Shown here piece by piece: positions 50,735 to 63,775 of a stretch of DNA of 64,000 bases. Source of the DNA: Octopus sinensis (taxonomy: Eukaryota); the NCBI RefSeq assembly GCF_006345805.1, contig NC_042998.1, positions 181,598,001 through 181,662,000 on the forward strand. The letters are read 5' to 3'. Position 1 is the first letter of the stretch. Every line of letters begins with the position of its first letter. The translations under genes were made by a program, and so were the position numbers. Below the pieces are notes generated by a model, which was not told where the DNA came from, searched no databases, and saw nothing but the letters and a program-made list of their open reading frames with translations.

Positions 50735-53000
50735 GGTGGTGAACTGGAAGAAGTGTTAGTGTGTTGGACAGAATGCTTAGTAGCATTCTGAGTTCAAATT
50801 CCACCGAGGTTGACTTTGCCTTTCATCCTTTCAGGGTCAAAGAAATAAGTACCAGTCAAGCATTGGAATCAGTGTAATTGATTACCCACCCGCCAAATTT
50901 TGGACTTTGTGCCATTAGTAGAAATGATTATTAATATTATTATTATGGTATCGAAGGCAGTGAGCTGGCAGAATTGTTAGCAGGACTGGCAAAATGCTTA
51001 GCAGCATTTCATCCATCTTTATGTTCTGAGTTCAAATTCCACTGAGGTTGACTTTGCCATTCATCTTTTCAGTGTCTATGGAATAAGTACTAGTTATGTT
51101 TTGGGGTCAATGTAATAGACTAGACCCTCATACAAAATTTCAGGCCTTATGCTTTTAGCTGAAAGGATTATTATTAAGATATCAAGCTGACATAACCGTT
51201 AGTAACTAGACAAATAGTAATAGTTAAATAGTACTTCCAGTATGTTCTAAGTTCAAATCCTGCCAAAGTCAACTTTACCATTCATTCCTTCAGGGTCAAT
51301 AAAATAAAGTATCAATCACATAGGCGCAGGAGTGGCTGTGTGGTAAGTAGCTTGCTAACCAACCACATGGTTCCGGGTTCAGTCCCACTGCGTGGCACCT
51401 TGGGCAAGTGTCTTCTGCTATAGCCCCAGGCCGACCAATGCCTTGTGAGTTGATTTGGTAGATGGAAACTGAAAGAAGCCTGTTGTATATATGTATATAT
51501 ATATATGTATGTGTGTGTGTTGTGTTTGTGTGTCTGTGTTTGTTCCCCTAGCATTGCTTGACAACCGATGCTGGTGTGTTTATGTCCCCCGTCACTTAGC
51601 GGTTCGGCAAAAGAGACCGATAGAATAAGTACTGGGCTTACAAAAGAATAAGTCCCGGGGTCGAGTTGCTCAATTAAAGGCGGTGCTCCAACATGGCCGC
51701 AGTCAAATGACTGAAACAAGTAAAAGAGAGTATACTAGAGTTGCTATAATCAATTTAACCCCTTCCCCCTAAAATTGCTGGCCTTGTGCTAAAATTTGAA
51801 AATTTGAGCAGCATGCTGACAGAATTATTAGCTCAGTGGAGAAAATGCTTAGTGGCATTACTTCTGGCTCCTTGTTTTGAGTTCAAATCTTGGTAAGGTC
51901 AGGTTTACCTTTTCATCTTTTCGGGGTCAATAAAATAAAGTACCAATTGAGCCCTTACCCATTCCCTCAAAATTGCTGGCTTTCTCTCCAAATTAGAAAG
52001 TATTTGCCTTTCATTCTTTCAGGAGTTTGTAAGATAAAGTATCAGTCTGAGGTTGATGTAATCAACTTGCCTTCTCCCTTTTAAATTGCTGGCCTTGTGC
52101 CAAAATTTGAAGCTATTATTATTATTATTATTAAGGTGGCAAAATTCTTGGCAGCATTTTGTCTGCTTTACATTCTGAGTTCAAATTCCACCAAGGTCAA
52201 CTTTGCCTTTCATCCTTTCAGGGTCAATAAAATAAGTACCAGTTGAACACTGGGGTCAATATAATCGATTCATCCCCTCCCCCAAAATTGCTGTCTTTGT
52301 GGCAAAATTTGAAACCATTATTATTATTATTACTACTACTAAGGTGGCAAGCTGGTGGAATCATTAGCACACTGGGCAAGTTGCTTAGCAGCATTTCATC
52401 ATTCTCTGCATTCTGAGTTCAAATTCCACTGAGACTGACTTGCCTTTCATCCTCTTGGAGTCAATAAAATAAGTAACAGTTGAGTACTGGTGGGGGTGGG
52501 GGTCAATGTAATTGACTTATTCCCTCCTCCGAAATTGCTGGCCTGATACCTTTTGTAGAAAGGATTATTATTATTTAAGGTGGCAAATTGGAAGAATTGT
52601 TAGCACACCAGACAAAATGCTTAATAGCATTTCGTCCACCTTCATGTTCTGAGTTTGAATTTTGCCGAAGTAAACTTTGCCTTTCATCCTTTTAGGGTCG
52701 ATAAAATAAGTACCAGTTGAACACTGGGGTTGATGTAATTGACTCACTCCTGTCCTGAAATTGCGGACCTTGTGCCAAAATTTGAAAACATTATTTTTAT
52801 TATTGAGAATGGATGGCAGAAACAGAATATCATACAAAGGGTATTATGGTATCGAAGGCAGTGAGCTGGCAGAATTGTTAGCAGGACTGGCAAAATGCTT
52901 AGCAGCATTTCATCCGTCTTTATGTTCTGAGTTCAAATTCCACTGAGGTTGACTTTGCCATTCATCTTTTCAGTGTCTATGGTATAAGTACTAGTCATTC
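50735..53000 (+). repeat. Head-to-tail array of at least 8 SINE family C units with (TTA)n linkers
   Basis: The agttcaaat core recurs near 50790, 51029, 51250, 51880, 52178, 52416, 52651 and 52929, all on the plus strand. Confidence 0.9.
51323..51731 (+). mobile_element. SINE family A nested within the SINE C array
   Basis: Complete family A head and tail, interrupting a family C unit just after its core. Confidence 0.9.
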
Positions 53001-53112
53001 AATGATCCTCTTTTACTTTCTGAATTCAAATATGTATCAGCCTAATTACTGGAGCTGATAGAATCAACTATACCCCTCCCACTGAATATGTAGCATTGTG
53101 CATGTCTTAGAA

Positions 53113-53365
53113 ACATCATCATCATCATCGTTTAGCGTCCGCTTTCCATACTGGCATGGGTTGGATGGTTCAACAGGGGTCTGGGAAGCCAGAAGGCTGC
53201 ACCAGGCCCAGTCTGATCTGGCAATGTTTCTATGGCTGGATGCCCTTCCTAACGCCAACCACTCCATGAGTGTAGTGGGTGCTTTTTACGTGCCACCAGC
53301 ACAGGTGCCAGACGAGGCTGGCAAACGGCCATGATCGGATGGTGCTTTTTACGTGCCACCATCAT
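53113..53365 (-). mobile_element. RTE LINE 3' tail
   Basis: catcatcatcatcgtttagcgtccgctttccatactggcatggg. Confidence 0.85.
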
Positions 53366-53639
53366 TATTATTAGGTTGGTTGTGTCAGACAACATACTTT
53401 GTAACCCAAGTTCAAATCCTGACTTTGTCTCTTTTTTTATTTAGGCCTGAATGAAATAAAAGCCAGTCAAGTATTTGTATATATTTAATTGTCTCTATCT
53501 CTCCCCAAAAGTTGTTGGCTTTATGCCACTGTTAGAAATAATATTTAGTTTCTTTTATTATGTTTTGAGTTCAAATTTTTCAAATAAGCACACGTCTATT
53601 AAGTCCATCCATCATCTTGATAATAATAAATTCCACCTG

Positions 53640-53950
53640 CTCGTTAATTATATAAGTACCATTAAAGTAGCAGGGTGGATTTAATATGACCATACTAGAT
53701 AGCAGCTTTCATTCTTGTTATAATTGCTTTAGACATTTCTGAAGCATTTGATAAAGTATGGCATAGAGGATTGCATTATAAACTGACCAGCTATGACATG
53801 CCTGATAGGTCTTTTCCACTATCTTCCTTAATAGGAAGAAGTCTGAAAGTTGTCATCATCTATGATAGCAATGCAGACATATTCTGGGACTAATGTTCTT
53901 TCTACATTTTAACAATGATTTACCTAACAAATTAATAGGATTCCCAATAT
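53640..53950 (+). mobile_element. Jockey/CR1-like LINE RT remnant
   Basis: Peptide IIALDISEAFDKVWHRGLHYKL matches the LINE RT motif LD.SKAFD.VWH.GL..KL. Confidence 0.7.
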
Positions 53951-54480
53951 CATCATCATCATTTAATGTCTGTTTTCCATGCTGGCATGGATTGGAGGGT
54001 TTAACAGGAGCTGGCCAGCCAGATAGCTGCCCAGGCTCCAATTATCTGTTTTAGCATGATTTCTACAGCTGGATGTCCTTCCAAATGCCAACAACTTTAC
54101 AGAGTGTACGGGGTGCTTTTTACATGGCACCAGCATGAGTGCATTAAACATGGTACTGGCACAAGTGCTTTATATGTGGCATCAGCATGGGTGTTTTATA
54201 CATGGCATGGGCACTGGTACTTTTCACATGGCACCAGCATGGGTGCTTATGTGCAACCAGCACATGCCAGCCTGTAAGACAAAAACCTCTCAGTTGAGAG
54301 AAGGAATGGCAGGGGGGGGGAGCATGGCCATGAAGGACATACCTGCATGTATGGATGGCCATGATTTTATGTAACTTGGTGTGTCTTCTCAAGCACAGCA
54401 AATTGCCAGAAGTTTCAGTCCTTTGTCATCTCCTCAGTGAGAGCCAATGACCAAAAATACTTTCTCACAACTTCAACCCA
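53948..54480 (-). mobile_element. Diverged RTE 3' fragment
   Basis: cat tail, ttccatgctggcatgg and degenerate ggcacc repeats. Confidence 0.7.
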
Positions 54481-54978
54481 TACTTTTTGGGGTCGTATTT
54501 GTTAATAATACTTCACAGCCTCACCTCTAAGAACATTATACAGTCGTTAAACTGGAATCATGCAATGAGGAAAATAGTGACTTATTACATTTAATGATTA
54601 ATCTATTTCACAACCATCATGAAATTCATGACCTTCCCATGTCAGCAGACAGGATTATTTTGAGGGAATTTCTTTGTTTCAGTAGGCTTTTAGGTCTTAA
54701 ATTCACACTAAATTTTATATGACCTCCTACCATGTGACTATTACCAATTTGGTGGCTTGAATGGGGGTAGGGGCTTATTCAGTGATTCAGAGAAGCTCCT
54801 AAAACCTGAAACTCTATTGTATCATTACAAAAGCCAGATATACTAAAAAATGGAGTAGTGCTTCCACATTTGGACAGGTTTCTACAAACGTGTACTGTCC
54901 ACTCTTATTAGTGTACAGAATTAAATGCATAGTTTAATTGATCGTGAACCTTTTTTTTTTCTTTTTTTTTAACTAAAC

Positions 54979-55147
54979 CGCAGGAGTGGCTGTATGGTCA
55001 GTAGCTTGCTTACCAACCACATGGTTCCAGGTTCAGTCCCACTGCGTGGCACCTTGGGCAAGTGTCTTCTACTATAGCCTCGGGCCAACCAAAGCCTTGT
55101 GAGTGGATTTGGTAGATGGAAACTGAAAGAAGGCCGTTGTATATATG

Positions 55148-55180
<33 letters not shown>

Positions 55181-55393
55181 ATGTTTGTGTGTCTGTAGTT
55201 ATCCCCCGATCATTGCTTGACAACCGATGCTGTTGTGTTTACGTCCCCGTAACTTAGTGGTTCGGCAAATGAGACCGATAGAATAAGAACTAGGCTTACA
55301 AAGAATAAGCCCTGGGGTCGATTTCCTCAACTAAAGGTGGTGCTCCAGCATGGCCACAGTCAAATGACTGAAACAAGTAAAAAAGTAAAGAGT
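54979..55393 (+). mobile_element. SINE family A
   Basis: Family A head, internal (TA)n(TG)n tract and tail. Confidence 0.9.
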
Positions 55394-55859
55394 AAGCCTT
55401 TCAAAGTGGTACTCTAGCTTGGCCACAGACTGAAACAAATAGAAATAAGATTACTTCTATGATGGAAAATGTTTAGATGAACTTCATTCCTTTGCCTTTC
55501 CAGAATTCAGTCTCCTACAATTTAGCAAATCTCACTTGTACTTCCTGTATATATCACAGATATGCTGCCAGTTTCATACAAGTTCCATACACACAAATCC
55601 CTTCTTCCCTGGAACAGATGAATTATGGAAAACACACACACACACACTCTCTCTCTCTCTCATTTTGCTACATACAGAACATAACCTCAATCGCTATAAA
55701 TTCAAGGTTAACAAGTACATTGCCTAATGTTGGTGGTTTTATTCAATACAATATTCTTATTGATTCTTTCATTAACTTCTCATTTTTCAATTCATTCGCT
55801 CATTTGTTGTCATTAAGTTTGCTCTATTTTATTGTCATCTGTTCTTTTATTACCATCTC

Positions 55860-56125
55860 ATTATCATCATCATCATTGTTTAATGTCTGCTTTCCATGCT
55901 AGCATGGGTTGAACCAGATGGCCTGCATCAGACTCCAATCTGATCTGGCAGAGTTTCTACAGCTGGATGCCCTTCCTAATGCCAACCACTCTGAGAGTGT
56001 AGTAGGTGCTTTTACATGCCAGTTAGGTGGTACTGGCAATGGCCACGCTCAAATGGTGCTTTTAATGTGTCACCTGCACAGGAACCAGTCAAGCAGCACT
56101 GGCAAAGACCTCGCTTGAATGTCAT
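55860..56125 (-). mobile_element. RTE LINE 3' tail
   Basis: catcatcatcattgtttaatgtctgctttccatgctagcatggg. Confidence 0.8.
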
Positions 56126-56294
56126 ATTTTATTTAAATCTTTTATCAATTATTTTATTACTATCTTTGATATACTAGCTTCAGTATACTAGTATATTTAG
56201 AAGTAACCCTTGGGCCTTGCTTAGGGATGATTTCAAATAAAGCCTACTCTCTTCAAAAAGGTAAAAAAGATTGTGCTCTTATATTTTACATTAG

Positions 56295-56355
56295 AAATCC
56301 TTATTAAGGAGCTGGAGATGGCAAAATCATATATGACCTGTTTAGATATTTTATG
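56295..56355 (+). CDS. Candidate exon (EILIKELEMAKSYMTCLDILW), product unknown
   Basis: Acceptor cttatattttacattag| and donor TG|gtattt with an open frame, phase 1 to phase 2. Confidence 0.25.
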
Positions 56356-57699
56356 GTATTTAGTTTAGTGCTTCATTATTCTGAGTAAAATCTCTCTGTG
56401 GTTAATACAATTTATATCAACAATATAATAGAGCAAATGGCAACTTTATGGGTGGTTTGTAGAAAATATGTTGTGCTTTGGGATGTAATACATAATTCTG
56501 TGCTGTCTTATCTCACCATGCCATGAAACATGGACATCAGGCTTTAACATACTGACCAAGTGGAGATTTATCTTGTGTGCTTAATGCTACAGAAGCAAAA
56601 ATTAATCAGAGACCCTATAGATCTCTCTCAACCAAGAAAAGACTAAGTTTTTAAAGTAATACTGGGTTGATGTGATATATTGCACCCTTAATTTTTTTTT
56701 ATTTACTTTAATTGGGTATCCTGTCAAATGACATCGATAATATTACTAATAACTTCATTAGAAATAAAGAGTTATATGTATGACCAAGACATGTGGTGCA
56801 TTGTTACACTCAAGAAGACCTGTTCACCACAACTGAATTGAGATCCTAAAACCAAAGTGCCACATAAAAAGCTTTAGGAAGAGTGACCAGCCATAGAAAA
56901 CAAGCCAAAACAGACTATGGAACCTGGTACAGCCTCTGGCCTTGCCAGTTCCTGTCAAGATGTCCAACCCATGCCAGCATGGAAAATGAATGTTGAGTGT
57001 TGTTGATGATGATGACACTATGTCTCTCCATGTCATAAGAGACAACTAAAAGGATGAGTGACAAGCAAGTCATCAAGCTGTATATTACTGGTCTTAGAAA
57101 AATGTCTAATACACGCCAGCGTGGAAGAGTAGACAGAAGATAATGTCAATGGTTAAAGATGAAGAACTGTTTCTACAACAGATAATAACGATTGCTTCAT
57201 GAACTGAGCAATAGACTTGATGTTCTACCATATCCAGTTTAGCACCTTGTTTTTACCCCTCAATTACCTTTGTGGGATCAATCAGATACTGAGGTCAAGT
57301 TAAAACTTCTAGCATTCAGATTACTCTGTGAAATGTAATGCTTATCTATTCACATTGTTTCAATTAATCATGAATAGCTTTGAGATTTCAATGCTGCAAT
57401 TATTTATTTTTAGAATGACGTTGTAGGATAGGTGTGAGAGGCTGGGATCTGGACAGTTGGAACTTAGAACAGGTAGAATATTTGGGCTGGATATGGCTAG
57501 TTTGAATGTTGAAGGATTGTTAATAGATTTAAATTCCCACTGCTCTTTCAAAAGAAGGTTCATGTGCCTAATAAATAAACAATTCTCTTTTCATAATTTC
57601 TTGCCTTAGTTACCCAGCCAGTAACAATAAACTTCATAAATGTATAATGGGCAGTAACCTTTTACTTTTATTACTATAATTATTATTAATGTGGATCGT

Positions 57700-58100
57700 A
57701 GAGTGACCTGCTGTTCTTGAGGAGACCTATTGAGTCAAGTATGTCAACATCAAAATAAAAATCAAATGGAAATTGTAGTTAAGACACCCGTGCCAGTGAC
57801 ACGTAAAAAGCACCGTCCAAACGTAGCAGATGCCAGCGCCGCCTGACTGGCATCCGTGTCGGTGACACGTAAAAGCACCAACCGATCGTGGCCATTTGCC
57901 AGCCTCCTCTGGCCCTGTGCCGGTGGCACGTAAAAAAACACCCACTACACTCACGAAGTGGTTGGCATTAGGAAGGGCATCCAACTGTAGAAACACTGCC
58001 AAATCAGACTAGAGCCTGTTGCAGCTTCTATGGCTTACCAGACCCCGGTCGAACCGTCCGACCCATGCTAGCATGGAAAACGGACGTTAAATGATGATGT
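57700..58100 (+). mobile_element. RTE LINE 3' tail
   Basis: Ends in cccatgctagcatggaaaacggacgttaaatgatgatg. Confidence 0.85.
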
Positions 58101-58573
58101 GGTGAGCTGGCAAAATGATTAGCAGTATCTTGTCCATCTTTAGGTTCTGAATTTAAATATCAACAAGGTTGATTTTTACCTTTCTTCCTTTCAGGGTTGA
58201 TAAATGAAGTACCAGTGAAACATTGGGGTCAATGTAATCAACTAGTCCTCTCCCTTGTGCTTATAGTAGAAGGGATTATTATTATTATTTTTGTCTGCTA
58301 TAAACATGTCTCTTTAAGCCAATTACTCAGCCCCAACATGACACTATAGCCATCTCACGATTCTCTTGCATATAACCACATACACTTAGGTTCTGAGGTC
58401 AGTTTATACATCTACTCTTATGAATAACTTTTTATTCTTTACACATCTCACTCACTAAACATATTAAGAAAATGGAAAAACTAATGTTTCAAATTTATTG
58501 AATTGTAATATGTATTCTTCATAAATTTACTGAGTTAACCTGGCTATTTACCACCTGTACTATATGATTTACA

Positions 58574-58959
58574 GGAGGCGCAATGGCCCAGTGGTTAGGG
58601 CAGCGGACTCGCGGTCATAAGATCGCGGTTTCGATTCCCAGACCGGGCATTGTAAGTGTTTATTGAGCGAAAACACCTAAAAAGCTCCACGAGGCTCTGG
58701 CAGGGGATGGTGGTGATCCCTGCTGTACTCTTTCACCACAACTTTCTCTCATTCTTACTTCCTGTTTCTGTTGTACCTGTATTTCAAAGGGCCGGCCTTG
58801 TCACTCTCTGTGTCACGTTGAATATCCCCGAGAACTACGTTAAGGGTACACGTGTCTGTGGAGTGCTCAGCCACTTACACGTTAATTTCACGAGCAGGCT
58901 GTTCCGTTGATTCAGATCAACCGGAACCCTCATCATCGTAACCGACGGAGTGCTTCCAC
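58574..58959 (+). mobile_element. SINE family B, full length, with a 12-bp target-site duplication
   Basis: ATATGATTTACA flanks the element at 58562-58573 and 58960-58971. tRNA-like head ggcgcaatggcccagtggttagg...gtttcgattccc. Confidence 0.92.
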
Positions 58960-59352
58960 ATATGATTTACAATATCTAGTTTAGTATCTCTCTATTGTTG
59001 CTGCATTCAAGTAGTGATGAGAGTGACTTAATGTCTGCGGAACCACTAAATCGAATGACAGCAATGTATTACTGTTGACTCAATCAACTAAATCTATCAT
59101 TCACTTCTATGAAAACAAAAAAATTAACTTTGTAACTAAATGAAAGCTGAAATTTTTACAAGCTAGTGGGTGGTCCAAAGATTATAACTGAAATAATGGT
59201 AAAGCTTATAAAGCTTCTGGAATACATCTGTGAATCAGTTTGAATTATTGTCTGAAGCTGTTTCACTTCACTTCACTTAGTCTGCTAAAACTCTTGAAAT
59301 GACATAAATGTCATGATGTCCTGTTACTCAGTTTTCTGCATTTCAGTCTTAG

Positions 59353-59440
59353 GTCTCGTCAAATGTAATCATTGTTATAGAGTGGTGGAGTTGACACAGA
59401 TGTTGAAGCGATTTATTGATTTCTCTTACTTCTTTTATCG
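59353..59440 (+). CDS. Candidate exon (xLVKCNHCYRVVELTQMLKRFIDFSYFFYR), product unknown
   Basis: Acceptor ttttctgcatttcagtcttag| and donor CG|gtaaag with an open frame, phase 1 to phase 2. Confidence 0.3.
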
Positions 59441-60148
59441 GTAAAGATTTAAGAAAAATCACTACCAAAATAATTTTTGAAAAATATTTTGGTATTTTTA
59501 AGCTCATGTCTGATTATTTGTATGTATGCACATGCAGGCACACATATGCATGAATGAATGTGTTTGTGTTGTCTGTGTCTGTATGTGTGTGTGTGTGCAT
59601 GTCCAAAGTAATATATTTTAGCTCAGAGCTAGTATCCCAGCTGTAACCAGCTCTTCTATTAATACTGCCAATTAATGAAGAAATTAGAAGATTGTAACAT
59701 AGTTGCAGTCCTACAAGATTAGATTTTCCTCTACTAGTGGATAGGAGCCATGCCTACGCTTACACAGCTATAGCTGCATAGTTAAGCAGTTTGCTTCCCA
59801 AACATGGAACCTTAGGCAAGCATCTGAATCTATAGCTCTATGCTGACCAAAGCTTCGTGAGTAGATTTGGTAGACTGAAACTGAAAGAAGCCCATTGTGT
59901 ATGTGTGTGCATGCACATATATATCAAAATGGATAAAGATCTTTCCTGAGTCATATAGACTCATAGGCCCAGTTTCCATGGCGCATATATTTTCCCCCTG
60001 GGAAAACATTGAAATGAAATGTTTTGCTCAAGAATACAACATATCACCTGGTCCAGGATCAAAAGTACAATCTTACAATCATGAGTCCAACACTTTAACC
60101 ACCAGACACATATATATATATATGCAAATACACATACACATACATATA

Positions 60149-61205
60149 TTGGGTCATCCCATAAATAATGCAGTTTTTTTCAATTTCAAAAGTTGGAGGG
60201 GGACAGTATAAACTACCTGCATCAACTTACTATAAAAGCAGGTAGCAATTTTACCTTATCCTTATTCTTAGTGCAAGTTTTGAAGAGTGAAGTTCAATTT
60301 TATGTTATTTTTTCAAAGCTATAATGGAAGTGACACAGGAGCATATTCAGCACATTTTGCTTTGAGTTCAATAAAGGTAACAATGCAATGGGAAATGCAA
60401 GGAATATTAATGCCATATATGGGGATCAGACAATAAGTATAAGCCACTATCAACGGTTGTTCCAGAAATTCCAAGCTGGAAACTACAGCTTAGAAGATGA
60501 GCCTAGTCCTGGAAGATCTATAGAGCTCGACAAGGACGTTCTGCAAACCTTGGTAAAACAAAACCCCATTGTAACTGTTGAGGAACTAGCAGAGAAGCTT
60601 GGATTTGGTCATTCAACCACTCATCGACACCTGTGTGCTATCGGAAAAGTCAACAAATAGGGTCATTGGGTTCCTCGCAAGTTTTCCAAGTCTAATTGCA
60701 TACAGATTGTGAATGTGTGTTCTTAGCTTTCACGGCTCATGAATGAATCTTTTTGGGATGAAATAATGACTGGTGATGAGAAATGGGTTCTCTATAAAAA
60801 TGTCAAGCGCCAAAGACAGTGGGTAGGGAAAGGAGAAACATCAACACCCCAGGCTAAAGAAGGTCTTTACTCACATAAGGTTTTATCTGTTTGGTGAGAT
60901 ATGAAAGGTTTAGTTCACTTTAAACTTTTAAACCCAAACCAAATGGTAATAAAGAAGATCTGTGAACAACTTGAGTGGCAACTTCATTACTAGAAGAAAA
61001 ACAACCACCTTTGGTTTCAAGATGAAAGGTGTTCTTCCATCAGGATAATACTCAGCCACATGCAGCGAGGAAGACATTCCAAAGGCTGGAGCAATTTGAG
61101 TGGGAAACGATGCCCCATCTACTGTATTCACTGGACATTGCCCCATCTGATTATCATTTACTCTGCAGTTTTCAAAATCATTTGGATGGAGAAAATATGA
61201 ATTCT
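60149..61205 (+). mobile_element. Degenerate mariner (DD34D) transposase pseudogene with left TIR
   Basis: TA|ttgggtcatcccataaataatg. HTH region FQAGNYSLEDEPSPGRS...TVEELAEKLG, then TGDEKWVLY and HQDNTQPH-YSLDIAPSDYHL with 34 residues between the second and third Asp. Stops and frameshifts are present and no right TIR is seen. Confidence 0.9.
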
Positions 61206-61417
61206 TAGAGTAGTGCTAGAAAATGCAGAGAGATGAGACAGTATGCTTCTGGGCTAGAGGCTGGAGTAACATAAAGTGTCAGCCATTTGGGTGGCCCTTT
61301 TCTGGGTGCAGTCTAAGATGTTTGAGAATGAGGAAATTTTGTAACACTTTGCTTGCAACATAGTAGAATAGACTTAGAGTATCAACTTATATTCTATGTT
61401 ATATTATATTAAACTTA

Positions 61418-63775
61418 TCATCAGCATTTAACGTCTGCTTTCCATGTTGGCATGGGTTGGACAGTTTGACTGAAGACTGGCAAGCCAGAAGGCTGCACCA
61501 GGCTCCAATCTGATCTAGCAAAGTTTCTACAGCTGAATGCCCTTCCTAATGCCGACCACTCCGAGAGTGTAGTAGGTGCTTTTTACATGCTGCCAGCAAC
61601 AGGGCCAGTCAGGCAGTACTGGCTTCGACCATGCTTGAATGGTGCTTTTTACATGTCACCGGCATGGGAGCCAGTCAGGCAGCACTAGCATCGACCACAT
61701 TCGTATGGCGCATTTTACATGCTACTGGCACAGGAGCCAGTCTGGTGGGACTGGCATTGACCACACTTGAATGGTGCTTCTTACGTGCCAGTCAGGAGGT
61801 ACTGGCATTAGCCACAACAATGATTTCACTTGACTTGACAGATCTTCTCAAGCACAGTTTATTGCCCAATGATTGAAGAGTACTCTTAAATGGGCTGGTT
61901 ATGTGACACTGGCATAGGCCACAGTTATGGTCTCACTTGACTTACTGGGTCTTCTCAAGCACAGCATATCTCCAAAGGTCATGGTCACTTGTCATTGCCT
62001 CTATGAGGCCCAACATTCGATGGGCATGCTTCACCACATCGTCCCAGGTCTTCCTGGGTCTCCCTCTTCCACAGATTCCCTCCACTGTTAGGGTGTGACA
62101 CTTTTTCACACAGCTGTCCTCCTCCATACACAACTTATGACCATAGCAGCACAGTCGTCTCTCTTGCACACATCTGATGCTTCTTATATTCAACTTTTCT
62201 CCCAGGGCGCTTACATTCTGTCATGTATGTACATTGACATTACACATTCAGCAGAGCATACCAGCTTCATTTCTTGCAAGCTTACGCATATCCTCAGCAG
62301 TCACAGCCCATGTTTCACTGCCGTGTAGCATGGCTGTTAGCACACATACATCATACAGTCTACTTTTCACTCTGAGTGAGAAGCCCTTTGTTACCAGCAG
62401 AAGTAGGAGCTCTCTGAACTTTGTCCCTGGCTATTCTTCTTATTCTAATGACAATGCTCTCAGAGCATTCACCCTGGCTATTGACTTGGTCACCTAGGTA
62501 ACAAAAGCTATCAACTACTTCTAGTTTTTCCCCTTGGCATATGACGGAAACTGTTTTCTGCACTTTGTCAGTGTTTATTGCCCCTGTGCATTTGCCACAC
62601 ACAAAAGCTATCTTCCCAGTTAGCCTTCCTTTGATATTGCTGCATCTCTTATGTGTCCATAGCTTACACTGGGTATATCTTATGGAGTTTCTACCTATGC
62701 CTTTTCTACAGATCAAGCAGGACCATCTACTTGAAAGGGTTTGTGATTTGTCTGTTTCTTCTTACTAAGACTTTGGTTTTTGCTAGATTGGCTCTAAGAC
62801 TCTTCGATTCTAGATCTTGCTTCCACACCTGAAACTAATCTAGTTCTGATAGTGACTCAGCTATTAGAGCAAGGTCATCAGCATAGAGGAGCTCCCAGAA
62901 GTATCTTGTCTTGAATTCCTCTGTTATTGCCTGGAGTACTATGATGAATAAGAGGAGGCTGAGGACTGATCTGTGGTGGACCCTTACTCCTACCCGAAAT
63001 TCTTCACTATGCTCATTGCCAACCCTCACCTTATTGACAGCATCCCTGTACATAGCTTGTACAGCTCTCACTAACCACTCATCTATACCTAGTTTCCACA
63101 CTAACCACCAGATAAGGGATCGGGAAACCTGTCAAAGGCTTTCTCCATATCAATGAAAGTCAAGTACAGAGATTTATCTTTGGCAAGGTATTTCTCCTGC
63201 AGCTGTCTGAAAATAGCATCAGTGGTGCTTCTCCCTGGCACAAACCCCAACTGCATCTCATCCAAACTAACTCTCTCCCTAATTAGTTGGGCTATGACCC
63301 TCTCCGTGACTTTCATCACCTGATCCAACAACTTGATACCTCTGTAATTATTCGTATCTAATGCATAACCCTTACCTTTATAGCAGTTGACTGTGGGTAT
63401 GACTCCTTCATGTATCACCTGATAGGCTATACAGGTGACTAGACTATAGCCTACACCGCTAGATATTTTAAGTTTCTCTGCGGTGACTCCTGATGGGCCG
63501 GGGGGCTTTCTCTGTCTTCATACCCTTAATTGCTTTATCTACCAACATACTGTCAATTCAGATAGCTGGTCCCTTTGTTGGGTCGACATTTGGCAGACTC
63601 TCTTTATCCCATTCATTCTTTTCATTTAGCAACCTTTCATAGCGGCATCTCCAAGTCTCTCTCTTTGCAGCCTCATTAAATGCAAGTGAGCCATCATCCA
63701 TGCAGACACAATTTTCTCTCCTATGACATCATGATTCTCTCTCATATACTGTCTTGCAACATGAAACACTCTTAT
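61418..63775 (-). mobile_element. 5'-truncated RTE-clade LINE (RT pseudogene plus 3' UTR)
   Basis: Frameshifted ORFs: NNYRGIKLLDQVMKV, QLGFVPGRSTTDAIF, FIDMEKAFDR, ELLYADDLALIAE, CGRGRPRKTWDDVV. The 3' UTR and tail match the many short tails in the window. Confidence 0.93.

Noticed and set aside
58574-58645. tRNA genes at the SINE heads (families A, B, C)
   Set aside because: They have A/B-box-like motifs but no complete cloverleaf or terminator, and they continue into SINE bodies.
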